Of a stretch of DNA of 33,554 bases, positions 11,259-23,820 are shown piece after piece. The notes beneath the pieces were generated by a model that made no database searches, was not told where the DNA came from, and saw nothing but the letters and a program-made list of their open reading frames with translations. Every line of letters begins with the position of its first letter. The stretch's first letter is position 1. Source of the stretch: Azolla caroliniana. Its lineage: Eukaryota > Plantae > Polypodiophyta. A program made the translations under genes and the position numbers. Location: positions 1-33,554 of the forward strand of contig JBHGNT010000335.1 of assembly GCA_043228905.1 (NCBI GenBank). Direction: 5' to 3'.

Positions 11259-11652
11259 CATCGTTGTAGAATACTTGGCATACAATACGTGTAGAATATG
11301 TATGCTAAGTAAGTATTCTACATTTCCTTTTGAAATATTTAGAAGATGTATTTTACTGATAAAATACGTTAAATCAATTAAATACCTAGAATACATTTAG
11401 AATGCTTTAAATACATAATACATGTAAAACATGTTATATACTTCTTTAAATTTTATTTTATTTTAAATTTTAAATTTTGATTTTTTTAACATGTTTGAAA
11501 TGTTAAATACTTGCCAAATACGTAGAATATGTCAAATTCTTCGAATACATAGAATAGTACATGAAAAATTATAAAATGACAGTTCTAAAATGTAGAATAC
11601 ATGTAGAACACTAAGTATTCTAAACGTAGAATACACGTTTTGAACAACTATG
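11259..11652. mobile_element. hAT-type MITE (394 bp)
   Basis: Perfect 8-bp TSD ATTAAATC (11251-11258 and 11653-11660). TIR CATCGTTGT..ACAACTATG (8/9 match). AT-rich body with many TAGAATAC/GTATTCTA subrepeats. Confidence 0.88.
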
Positions 11653-12029
11653 ATTAAATCTTTTATCAAACTCTCATAACGATTTTGTAACTAAAATTCC
11701 CAATCCTCCTTTCTTGATCCATTCAAGGAAGGTCTTTGCCATTCTTGTTAAATCTTCTAATATGAACTTGTCCAACAATGGTTGATGAAACCAATTATAG
11801 TCAAACAAAGAACATTTTGTGCAACTCCGCCACCTTTGAATCGGGTTACCATGTGCAGATATTGCTCACAATCTCCTACTCCAAAAACTTTGTAATGTCA
11901 TCATGTTTGAAGTGTCTAGCCTTCTAGAGGATCGCGTGGAAATTGAGAGTTAACTAATTTTCCAATTGGTTAGTATAAGTATATTGTTGCATCATTTGTC
12001 CCATTATCGTGATTAGTCATCATGAAGTT

Positions 12030-12189
12030 TACCATGTCAACGTTAAATGTTCCTTTTACCATTTTTTTTGTTGAAATGCCTCTAGCTTGCTAAATCTACT
12101 CCCAAAACAAGTACCATGTCAACATTGAATGATTGGTTTTCCATTTTTTTCGTTGAACTACCTCTAGCTTGCTAAAGCTACTCCCAAAA
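12030..12189. repeat. two-copy ~82-bp tandem duplication
   Basis: TACCATGTCAAC..CCTCTAGCTTGCTAAA.CTACTCCCAAAA at 12030-12107 and 12112-12189. Confidence 0.85.
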
Positions 12190-13661
12190 TCTCTCCTCGT
12201 TGATGCGTTCACGTCGGATTCATCACTTTTTTGTATTGTTATTAGACTCAAATTTCTCTTCTATAGAGTTCATTGAGGTAGTAGGTTGCATAGTATGTGA
12301 CTTTCCTAACCTCATACCTTGAATCCCCTCTTGACAATTTTTCGATCAATGCTATGTTGGTTGCCGGGAGTACTCTCCAACACCAACACCTAATCTCCTT
12401 CTTGATCTTCCTTGGTCTTATTCTGTTAATCCTATCAATCATGACTTTATTAGGGCGATCTATGTTTTTTAATCTGACTCCAAAAGCTCATTGAGACGAA
12501 GCTTCTTAACCACATAAACATATATAACAAAGATGTCGCCAATCATGATTATGTTAACCCTCCTAGACTATCTAATGCACCTTCTTAATTACCACACTAT
12601 CATCAATAACACTACTAACCCCTCTCCCTACCACATCCCCTTTCCTTTACCTTACATCCCTCACTCTCAACGATGATTGCCAACCTTGCACACCTGTGTT
12701 GATTCATCATTGACACTCGTGCTCAACATTTCATTCGATGAAACACCATCTCCATCATCTTTACCTCCAAACATCTCCAACTACCACCACTCACCACCAA
12801 CACTCCCTAGTTCAAATGCTTTATCCCACACTTTAACACAAGTTCGTCTTTCGACGATAAGATCATATCCTTCCAAATTGGTTCCACGCTCCCAACATAT
12901 ATTTCGTGAATGAGGCAAGGTGAGGAAACCCGAGGACACCTTCCTCACATTCCACCATCTCACTTGAATCACTACATGGGTGGTTACCTTTATGTGAGGA
13001 TAAGACCAAGGCCTAGTTATTCTATTCCCAACTCACACCATAAATGCCCACCATCTCCACTCCCCTGGCATCCTTCCTTGTTCCTTGAATTTGGCACTCA
13101 ACAAAAGTGCTTCGTTTCTATTCAATTGGATTGCCTTACAATATGTCGCCTTTGTCATTAATATGGGTGCCACCAACCCTCCACTCACACCCGATGATGC
13201 TCACATGGCTTGCTAGTGACACCATGATTCCTCCTGGTCATGACTACAGTTCTGAAAGTATTGCTTCCTCTACTCAACTTTCTACATCTCACCCACATTG
13301 TAACACATTGCTCCATGCTAACAAAAGACAACATTTCTATGAGTCTCTTGATCCATCACATCCCACTTCACGCCCTTATCCAACTCCCCACCCACTATTT
13401 CCAACATCTCCATCGAGCTCAAGTAGCCCTTCTTGCCAATATACTTGATTACACCTACCTTCGTGCACCTAGGAGTAAGCATGCACACCTTAAGTATTTT
13501 CCAAACATCTCAAAAAAATACAATCATATTGATAAATGTGTGTGAAACATACTACTTACAATAGGTGTCACAATGGAGTATTGTCACCCACTAACTACAT
13601 GGATAGTGGAACATGTTGAATTGTCGATAGGCAAGATGAACACTCCATTGAGGAAAGACTA

Positions 13662-13674
13662 CCCTAAACCCTAA

Positions 13675-13721
<47 letters not shown>
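13662..13721. repeat. short telomere-type (CCCTAAA)2 followed by a (CT)22 microsatellite
   Basis: Read directly from the sequence. Confidence 0.9.
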
Positions 13722-13722
<1 letters not shown>

Positions 13723-14699
13723 AGCATTTCTCTAAATATAAGTTAAGAGCGTAATAGCTATATCTTTAGTAACTTGAAATTATCTAAGCGTGGATTAATA
13801 GAAGCACAGGCTTGTTGGTGATTTCTTGTCGTCTTACTTTTCTATCGAGTGCTTGAGTTGTGTTAGTGATGATTTCCCCCCCCCCCCTAAAAAGACACGC
13901 CTTGGTATTATTAAATCATAAGAAATACAAAAGTTGTGTTGGATAAACAAATATACCAACCGATTCCCTTGTACCCTCATCATAGCCGATTTGTTGAGCA
14001 TAGCCAACAATAAGGGGTGATCAAGCAATAAGAAGAGATGCCCTCGTTTTGCATCTTTTTGAAGCTTTTAAAGCTTCATAAACTCAGCCTTCTTGTGCAT
14101 AACCTTATCAATGGTTGTTTTTCCGAATTACTGCTTGATAAAACTGACATAGAAACATTATCATTGTAACAACATCTGTAAGAAGTGCTTCACTTGAATG
14201 CCATAAAGTATAAATGTTTTTAGCTAAACTTCAAGCAATTTGTTGTTTTTGTTTCTGGATTTCTGCTTTTCAAACTTTGACTGATGCCTCTCTTTCATAA
14301 TCCATCTTGCAACTTGTGCAACAACAACAACTTTCCAACGCCATTCCTCATAGTCTATTTGATGTGTATATGCAAGAACTACACATATTTGTACACCATA
14401 TCTCCAAGATTTTTATCATCTACTCCTCCCAAACTGCAATTGAGAATTCAATGTAACCTATAGCACCCAAAATCTATAACAACAGAATGTCCATAAACAA
14501 AGTTAGTAGACATTGTTTCCCAAAATCACGGGAATAGTATACATCCAAATTATGTGATCTCCATCTTCTCTAAAAATGAGCATAGAGGTCCATATCCTTT
14601 TAAAATGCATTTGTTTCCTGAAAATGGCATCAACATTGGTTGTGAAACTTTCATACTGAACGCATAATGTACGAACAAGTAACAACCAGAATTCAGCAA

Positions 14700-17600
14700 T
14701 TATAACTGGAGCATCCTAAGTGACATTATCAAATATTGATGTGCATCGCGCCTTCCAAATTACCCACATCAGAATAGATGAAATTGTCTTCCATATAATA
14801 TCATCCCTAAATTGCAAATTGTCACTTATAAAAGGTTGAACCATTTGTATATTAGGAGGAACTATGTGAAATAGCTTCCACTATATCCTCCTTTTCATAT
14901 AACAAGAGTTTTCCCTCTAGAATTCCCCACCTAACCGCACCCCAAGTGACCACACAATTAGCATGTATCAATATCAACAACCTTAATACTCTCTGCCATA
15001 TTTACATAATTCTAGGACAAGACCACAATACATGCTTAATTGATTCTATCATACATCCACAACCAAAACCACATGACTTACTATCTAATTTCAGACGCAA
15101 CCAAGCCCGGACCGGTAGTGCATAGTGGATCAATAACGAGCTAAAAAGGACAATCTTCCTAGGAATCTACATACTCCATAACCACTTCCAATATTTAGAT
15201 GCATCCATTAAAGAGGCCCCATTCGCCAACCACACTTTCATAGCGGATGGCGGATGAAATTTCCTACTTAAGAGCAACTTGCGTCCCAACTTCACAGAAT
15301 ATTGAAAATATTGAAAAAATTTAGTATGAAACGAAGGATTTGTATGTTTCCAAAGATAATTTGATGGATCCCAATGCAAGTCCAATAATGACTTTTTAAA
15401 AAAAACCCATAGTTGGCAAAATAACATACTATCAAAAGGAGAAGGATCTAAAATCCATCTTTTACCCCATTTACCAATCACTCTCACCGTATGTTGCAAT
15501 GCCGTTTGCCAAATTGACGATTCCACATCAGTCTGCCATAATCGTCCTTCCTTGGACACATCAAAATAGTAACAGTCTCCTTGAGATGTTGTTCCTTTTA
15601 CTCCTATAATAACACCAACCGGAGTAAAATATCCAAACCAAACATGCTCAAAAGAAGGTGACCAATTAGAGAGAAAATTCCCTAAAGATAATTGAATTTC
15701 ATCAAACATAAGTCTAAAACCTCTACACATGGTAGCATCTAGTTGTGAATTATTAAGATGAAAAACATAATTTCCCCAAGAGGCTACCGTGGCGGCTATA
15801 CCATTATCCAACGTAGCCCACTGTAATCGCGGTCTACTGCCAAGCAATATACCTCTTTCATCAGAAAAAATAAAATTCCAAATCAAAGGTTGCCGCAACA
15901 GTTCTTCATTCGAAGAGGGGCATCTACGAATAAAAAAAAACTTAACATCCCATGCTTTACAAATGCCAACCATCTATCGGACCATGTACCGGTCTCGTCT
16001 TAAAATTTGACAAGAATGCCCATCTTAGAGATGGTTTCCAACCCCCCCCCCCCCCCCCGTAGACGGTTTAATATCAAGCAATCGGTTTAAAAGCAACTCT
16101 GACCATATACCTTGAGTAGGCAACATAGCCCTAACAACAAATTTTGCTAAAAGAGCCTTACATTGGCTATCTGGGTCTACCAACCCTAAACCACCATCAG
16201 AAATTTGCGTCGTAAGTGTCGACCAAGCTACCTTCGCATGAGCATCATTATTACTTCATCCTATCCAAATAAAGTTTCGAACCAATCGTTGAATATGTAA
16301 CAAACACGATCTAGAGAACAAACATGTAGATGCAATATACCACATCAATGAAAGGAGAACCTGATTAGCTATCATTACTCTGCCTGCTAAAGACAACTCT
16401 GTAGTGTTCCAAATCAATAATTTTTCTCCTAAGTGATAACATTAGAGGAGCTAACAATCGCTCCTTATGCATATTTATACCAACCTAACATCCTAAGTAA
16501 CGAATTGAAACTCCTTCTTGAATCCAATGAAAAAACTCAGATGGTCTCCATGATGGCAATGGCAGCATAGAAACCCAAAAACCCATTGATTTACACCAAT
16601 TAACTTTTGCACCAGAGGCAACACAAAATGTTTCCAATGCAGCTTGTGCTTTATATAAATTACCTTCTCTCAACGTGCATGTATAGTGTTGTATCATCTG
16701 TAAACTCCACATCTAGAATCATCTTGTTAGAGATTGGTGCAACCAACCCTTGGATCCCAACACCTGTTGAATTAAAAAATGCTAAAAATACCTCCGTAAC
16801 AATAAGAAATAAGAAAGGGGCTAACGGACACCCTTGGCAAACAGATCGTGACATTTGAAACCTTCGTCCTCTACCTCCTGCTACTAGGATAGAACTATAA
16901 GCTAATCTATACAAAGCTGACACTGCAATAATCCAAGCTTCTAGAAACCCTAATCTTCTCATCGCCTCTTCTAAAAAGTCCCAATTCACTCTATCATAGG
17001 ACTTTTCAAAATCTAACAATAAAATTACTAAGCCCTCTTTCTTTGCCATTGTTGAAGCGGACAATTCCCAAAACAAATTTTTTTATAAAATATACTCCCA
17101 TCTTGCATGAAACCTGTTTGAGAAGTATGAATAGTATTAGGCAATAAAGGTTGCAAACGCAATGCCAACACCTTAGCATAAATTTTGTAAACTATATTGA
17201 GTAATGTGATCGATCGCCATGCCCTAATGTCCTTTGAGGCTCCATCCCCTTTAGGGATAAGGCAAATCAACCCCTCCTTCCATTCCTCTGGCATAGCTCC
17301 CAAATAAAAAATTATCTGAAAAGCACTAGTTAAATCATCAGCTATAATGTCCCAATACTGTAAGAAAACATCTCTAATTAGTCCATCCTCTCTTGGGCAA
17401 ACCTCGGAACCCAAAGATTTTAATGCTCGCAGAACCTCAGAAGAAGAAAAAGGGCATAAAAGAGTTTGAACCATTCGATCTGTAACACATGGTTTTGTTG
17501 TACCGAAAACTATACCCCTCATTGCCAATACATTTTGACTCACCTCATCAGCAAACAACAATTGTTCATAATACCGCGATGCCAACTCTCGCATTTCATC

Positions 17601-18819
17601 TGGATCTATTGCGAGAGCACCATCATCCCTCTTTAATGCACCCATCTGAAACTTCCGCGGTCTTGGAGTAACTATATCATAAAATAATTTGGACATTTTT
17701 TCCCCTTTTTGAGACCATTTTGCTACAAATGCGGAGTATTTAAAAATCAGTCATTGTAGATTGCATAAAAAAAATCTCATCTCTTAGCTTTCGTAAGTTG
17801 TTTTGAAGATAAATTGAGTTGATATCTCTTTCTTGCAAGCATTGAATCGAGCCCAACCCTCTTCTTGCATTTGCCAACCGAGAGATAAGAAAAAATTTCT
17901 TATCGTTAGCCTTGCCTAGAAGCAGTTTCTTAAGCTGTAATAAAGCCACGAAAACCTTAGTTAACTTGTTAGGAGCAAAGACACTAGACCAAAGGGAAGC
18001 AACACTCTCTGCAATAGAATCCTCCTTTAGAATCCACTTTGGAATCTTAGCATGATCGTGAAATACATCCACTCGCAATTTCAAAGTTAGCTTTACTGGT
18101 GCATGATCTGAAAAGTTTGTACCTAGCACTATGCCTAGATATCCACCTAACTCCCAAAAAAAATGATCCGTGTAAAACTTGTCAATCCTAGAGACAATCG
18201 AGAAAATTGCAAAGACTCTACCCTTCTTGCAAAAGACTGCATAAACTATAAATCCTGCAAGTTAAATTTAAAGCATAAATTTTCCCACTTAGCCAACTCA
18301 GCACCTGAGATTGTAACTGTGCTCCCACCCATACGATCAGAAGGGTCTTCAAGCATATTAAAGTTCCCAACAATGCACTAATGATCCATTACAGGGAGAT
18401 TATTCCACAATTGGCACCAAAATTGTGCCCTTCCCCTTGCTGAATTCAGCGCATAAACATTCAAGAAGCCAACTTTTTTTTCTAATATCTTTAAGACTAT
18501 AAATTGGGCACGACCACCCTGTAAAAAACCCTTGTTTACAATCAAAGAGGCTCATTTTTCAGAACATGCAATAGCAAGCCCCCCTTGCATTCTAGATGGC
18601 CCATAAGCCGGAATCCAATCATAAAACCACCTTCCATTCAAGAATGTACGAATTTTAGCCACCCTATTCTATGATAAATGATGTTCTTGTATCAATAAAA
18701 TGTCAAATTTACCCACATACTGGGACGATAGTTCTTGATTAAACAAGCCTTTCACTTTATGAAATTTATCACCTCCTAACCCTTGTACATTCCAAGAGAG
18801 TAAAGTCAATGAATCCACA
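14700..18819 (-). pseudogene. L1 ORF2 (APE-RT-zinc-binding), multiple frameshifts and stops
   Basis: ORF fragments 17740-18129, 17028-17696, 16660-17076, 16485-16712 and 15167-15973. C17 tract at 16042-16058. Confidence 0.85.
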
Positions 18820-20174
18820 TCACAAGGAGGGAGGTAACAACCTTTTATCCTTCAAGATATCACTTTGTTCCTTATGAGCTGAAGAAACTGCTCTAGTAAT
18901 TCTTTTTTCCATATTAGAATTTCTATTATCCTTGTATACTCTATTTTTGCTATTCCCTACGGCCTCAACTACACTATTAGATGCTAAAAATTTATACGGA
19001 ATGGGAACATTTTCAGCATGCAACACCATCTTCTTCGAGTGATCCTCTACATTCTTTCTCACAATCTCAACATAAGAAAATGGCACAATATCCTTAGATA
19101 TAGAAATTTGCTGAAATTCTGGCTTAAAAGGACCTACTTGCATGTTTGATTGATTCTCTAAATGTTGCACCAACTTTTGAACCTTTGAAGAATTACTCAT
19201 ATGCGCTACATCGTCACAAAGACCAACCTCCCGAACCATACTAGCTTGTTGGGTATCTACAATTGGTAATGGCTCGTAATGTGCTTCCATAGCCCGCAAA
19301 ACAGTATTCAAAAGTGGAAAATGTTGAAAAGGATTATCATAAATTCTATCAGGCAATTCAATTTTTTTCTTTCCCCGAAACGCCTTATTTCTATTCACGG
19401 TCTGCCATTGCAAAGATTTTGGAACAAGACCTTCACCAGACGAGGTAGTATCTTGTTCCAATGGACAAGCTTTGGCAATATGACCTATTTCCTTACACCT
19501 GTAACATTGATTTGGTAAACCATAATATACAACTTTCTGAAGTTTTTGAAAGGCATTTCCATCTAGTTTCGGCAATCAAATCCATTGTGACAATTTGTCT
19601 CCTTTCCTACACAACAATTTCTTTGACGGAGCTCCTCCTTCCAAAACCTCATTCTTAGTACGTGACTAAAATACCAAGACCTTACCAATAGATGAACCTA
19701 GTTTAGGCAATATATTCCTCCATTCTTTCTCAATTTTGGGAAAACCGTCGTACAAGTGAACATAGCGGTTGAATCCTCTTGTAATGCAAGTGTATTAAAT
19801 CTGTGATGCCAAGGATAAAACACCACCAGGGCACCCTTAAGGTCCGCCGAGCCCAATGACAATAGACGAAAAACCGATTCCCCATTCTCGAATTCCAATT
19901 GATAGCAACCACGTCCTAATATTTGAATATCAATAATTTTATCCAAATCTGATTGGATGGAAACTTGTAACAAATGTCGAAGATCCCCTTTGCTCGGCTG
20001 GCTTCCCAAAATATGTACCACTATTGAGATGGCCTGAAGATGAATCACCTCTTGCATAACAGTGACTTCATCCTCTGGTGTTAGGCTAATGTCTAATGTC
20101 CCGTCGAAAGAGATTGGGTTGAGAGTTGATGCACTAGATCTCTCTCGGGGCGTTGATGTCGATGGTCCCTCCAT
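18820..20174 (-). pseudogene. L1 ORF1 (RRM/DUF4283-like region plus CCHC zinc knuckle), frameshifted
   Basis: LGRGCYQLEF..PW motif and CX2CX4HX4C. Split over two ORFs. Confidence 0.8.
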
Positions 20175-20599
20175 GGCTGAGTAGGTACTTACTTAACGTA
20201 TTCCCTCTCTCTCCTTTTTGTATACTGTAACTTCCCTAATTTTTGTTAAATAAATATGTTATTAAGAATAGAGAAGAGGATTACCAAGATAAATTGATTC
20301 TTCTCTGCTAATCCTTGCTGATTTTGGCAGCCACTCGCTTTCATAGGAGAGAAAAATAGGTTGTGCAGGGGCAACGATGGCGACAGATATTCTAGGAGAG
20401 GAAAAGAGTGTAAGTGATGATTTAGTTATTATAGTGTGAGTTTAGAGTTTGTTTTGATAGTAACTATTGTGTTAAGTAGCTCAATGGTGATTGATGTTCA
20501 TCCTCGCCCATCCTACAACAAATGAGTAGACAATAGTATGTCCCTTTGGGTTGGTCTCGACATGGTTCTCAAGGAGAATACCCAAGTAAGAAGTAGTCT

Positions 20600-20945
20600 T
20601 CAGTAAGGATACTGGGATACATTACAACAACACATTGGCACATTGTAAATGTGAAAAATAGAGGATGCTTGGTCATTGTAAATGTGGTAATCGCGTATTG
20701 CCATCGCTCAGCTAGGTATCAACTTGGATATGCTCATTGGAAGCACTCTAGTTGATATGTTTGCAACATGTGGAAGTTTATCAGATGCATATAAATAGTT
20801 CGATGGGTTGAGATCCCTCAAAGTGGGTGCCAATCACATGGCATTACAAGGCATGCTCATACATGCTGAAATCATGGATCAAGGCATACAAAATGACCTC
20901 TATACCATAATGCTTTGCTTGAATTTTACGTTAAATGTGAAAAAA
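20600..20945 (+). pseudogene. PLS-class pentatricopeptide repeat (PPR) gene fragments
   Basis: LGINLDMLIGSTLVDMFATCGSLSDAYK*FDGL (~20712-20810) and GMLIHAEIMDQGIQNDLY..NALLEFYVKC (~20850-20940) match the IH..I...G...D..VGNALVDMYAKCGSL.DA..VFD PPR consensus. Confidence 0.75.
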
Positions 20946-22360
20946 AACGAATGATTCATGACTACCCATTGTCTTACACAAGACGGGCTGGGGAAAGATA
21001 GTCACTTCCTTTCTATCTATTTTGTATTTTGTAGCTGATACGCTTTTTAAAACTAATGAAAGGATATGTTTTCTTGAAAACAACAACACATTGGTACACC
21101 AATGGGATGACTATTCTAGTCATAATTAACCTTCAAACTTGTTTTTTAAAAGTTTTTAGACTTCTATTTTAGTTAAGCCCATTAGGGAACTTGGAATATC
21201 TTTACAATCACGATTATTGAAGTTGTTATTCTTCCTCTATTTCATCATTGTGGCGTTGAAATTGTTGATATGTTTTAGCTCAATCTCGGTGCACAACATT
21301 GCCGCCAATGAACCCATTTGAGCTTGACCATTATTGCTCCGATTTTGTTGAGATTTATTCACCTAGTCAATTATGTAGTCCTTTGTTTATTATTGGGTTT
21401 TGTCATGAATACTTCATGGCCGGGAGGGGATAGAACTTAGCAATGTTGAGGAGTATTTTCTCTCATCTTGCACAATTTACATTTTCCTTGGTTGTTTCTT
21501 TGGATCATTATTTTCTTTCTTGCTTGGAGCAAACCTCTTAGGACTTTCTTCCTAGATGGGATGACAATCCTTCCAACTCACTTTGTTGCAACTAGTTGCA
21601 TACAATTAATTCTTTGTCTTATGGTTCTTGGTGACGAACTTGAGAAACGCAAAGGCGAACGAAAAAAGTCATAAGCACCGTCTAAGAATATGGAAGATAG
21701 GGCAAACAAATGCGATTTCTTCTCTCTACAAATCTTATTTACACAAATGCACCAAATAACCTTAAAGCAATCTGTATGGTGCTTTTTGTAGAGGTGATTA
21801 TATCATGATTACGTTTCTACATGTTTGCACTTTGTATGTTGTTGTTTTTTGTTTCTATTTATTCCCTCCTTATTCATCATTTTTTCATTAGCCAATTTAA
21901 TGTTGAGTATGATGAGCTTCTCATACACTATGCTATGGCCTCAGGCTTTATACCTAATATTCTAGTGAGGTCATTACTTCTAATCCGTAGGCTAGTAAAA
22001 CAAAATAGGCATCCAAGGTTAAGATTCTTCTTTTGGTTTTTGCGTTTTCCCAGCTTACCATCTCCTCATTGGTGCAAGTTACTACTTCGGGGGGTTTGGG
22101 CCAGAATTGCTTTGAGCCTTAGGACATTAGAGATACGGCACTACTCGTCCTACCACATAGGTGTCTCAATCCCATCATCGTGATTTTATTACATTCCAGC
22201 AATTATGGCGATGGAAAGGCCATCACGACATCCCTTCTCTAGGCACCGATGGGTTCCAAAGGTCCGATCTGCACAATGCAATGGTCGTGTGACTATTGGT
22301 AACGATGAGGTTTGTTCGGGCGTGTTCGCCAAAAGTGACTGGCGCATAGCCTAACGTGAG

Positions 22361-22668
22361 GTTTCATTCTCGTATTTACTTAATTAACTTTCTTAATCAC
22401 TCGCTTTATTATCTCAAGTATTTAATTATACTGGTAACGTGATTACGTACATAACGAGGGGAAAAAACATACAAGATGTTTCATTCTCTTAATTACTTAA
22501 TTAAGTTTCTTAATCACGCGCATTATTATCTCAAGTAATTAATTATACTGGTAACGTGATTATGTACATAACGAGGGGGAAAACGTACAGGATGGTTTCA
22601 TTCTCTTAATTACTTAAAAGTAAGTTTCTTAATCACTTGCTTAATGATCGGATACGCAAGTAATTAAT
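22361..22668. repeat. 117-bp tandem repeat, ~2.6 copies
   Basis: Units start GTTTCATTCTC at 22361, 22478 and 22595. Confidence 0.92.
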
Positions 22669-22699
22669 CAGAATTCTTAGGTAAAGCTGTGGTTAAAAG

Positions 22700-23177
22700 T
22701 ATGGTAATTAATTACTGATTTTCTGGCCTTTTTGTGGGTTGGGTATGGTATGGTATGTCTTTCTTCCTTCCTGCCCTTTTCTGTCGAATCGGAAATTTCT
22801 GCAGTTTTCCTGCTGCTTTCCGGCGAGTTTCTGCTCTTTGCGCGTTGTTTTTTTTGCCCTTTTTCCCCCTTCTCCTTCTTCTCCTTCTCCTTCTTCTTCT
22901 TTTCTCGTCAGGAAAAAGAAGAATTCCTTGGTCGCCTGCAGAAAGAAATCCCTTGCTTTCCTTCCCCCTCCCACTCCCCTTCTACCCCCCCGTTTCGCTT
23001 TTTGCTTTTTGCCTTTTGCTTCCCCACCGACTGTTTCCTTGCTTTTTGCCCCTCCCAGCTCCGATCGCCCCTCATTTTCCAGTCGTTGATTTTCCTCTGC
23101 AGAAAAAAAAAAGAAAAGCAAATTTCCTCCTCCTCCTTCTTCCTCCTTCGGCGATCCAAAATAACTTTTCAATCGGG
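22700..23177 (+). promoter_or_regulatory. pyrimidine-rich TSS region / non-coding first exon of the downstream gene
   Basis: CT-rich tracts typical of plant 5' UTRs, ending at a strong donor G|GTAAGT at 23178. The TSS itself was not located. Confidence 0.6.
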
Positions 23178-23267
23178 GTAAGTTTCCACCTGTTGTTGTT
23201 GTTGTTGTTCAGAATCGATCGTTTGATTAGTCGATCCTAGAATAGAAAGAAAACGATTCAGGTTAAG

Positions 23268-23820
23268 AGTTAGGGTTAGGTTTACTGTATAGTGACCGGC
23301 TTTGGGAAGATTTAGGGTTAGGGTTTGGGAAGATTTAGAGTCACTGACTGTGAGATTTCATCATCATAAACATTAGCTATAGGATTTATTTCAGCCCTGT
23401 AAGATAATTTTTTTAAGATATTTATTTACTTGGGCATTAATGCATAAGATGTGCTGGAAATGACATGTTACTTTAGCATTAAGCTTGGTGTTCAGTTATT
23501 GATTGTGGCAAGATTTAGTGTTCAAGTTAGTGTTACGACAACATCTTCAGCTATGAGAGTTGCGGCACTCAATTTGATTGGTAAGAGGTGTATTTACTAA
23601 TGCATTGATGCATAAGGTTTGCCCAAATGACATATTTCGTTAGATTTAGGGTTAGGGTTCATTCACTGACCAATGAGAATTCTTTGTCAGCTATGGAAAT
23701 TTGGTACTCAGTTGATGCATTCTCAAATGATTGTGAAGAGATTTATTTCCCTTTGCATTGATATGTAATATTTGCGCAAAATGACATATTTATTGCTTTA
23801 GAATCGAGATTTAGGGTTAA
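23268..23820. promoter_or_regulatory. telo-box (TAGGGTT) cluster in the putative first intron
   Basis: TTAGGGTT motifs at ~23270, 23312-23325, 23646-23658 and 23810-23818. Confidence 0.55.

Larger units (their letters stand above)
9800..12250 (-). mobile_element. heavily decayed Ty3/gypsy gag region (boundaries approximate)
   Basis: Minus-strand translation gives DDITKFLE (~11880-11905) and a decayed zinc-knuckle region, CDNIEHQKTD..DGKIHLIETCQPL*LNFRKGGM (10343-10487). This resembles the NFGKGGM gag motif I recall from moss/fern gypsy elements. Confidence 0.55.
14700..20420 (-). mobile_element. L1-clade LINE, near full length, decayed (ends approximate)
   Basis: ORF1 pieces at 19698-20174 and 18820-19575 with CYRCKEIGHIAKAC knuckle. 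ORF2 APE endonuclease (LLSWNVQGLGG ~18810, LLIQEHHL, SDHAPV), RT (WRSITLLN..YK, LLDFEKSYDRVNW, QGCPLAP, FTDDT, IRYLG) and C-terminal C..ESIKHVLWSCP (~15020-15075). Confidence 0.92.

Noticed and set aside
12530-13600. PBS-like TGGCGAC on the minus strand with a possible LTR, or decayed coding sequence
   Set aside because: No clear LTR boundary or protein motif could be supported, so it is left unassigned.
20476-20520. A-box-like TAGCTCAATGG (tRNA/SINE head)
   Set aside because: No B-box or cloverleaf downstream.
22361-22668. CRISPR array
   Set aside because: Contiguous 117-bp units with no unique spacers, no cas genes, and a eukaryotic context.
22708-23240. Several overlapping ORFs of 83-168 aa
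   Set aside because: By-products of low-complexity CT-rich leader sequence, giving F/L/S/P- or K/E/G-rich translations with no domains.
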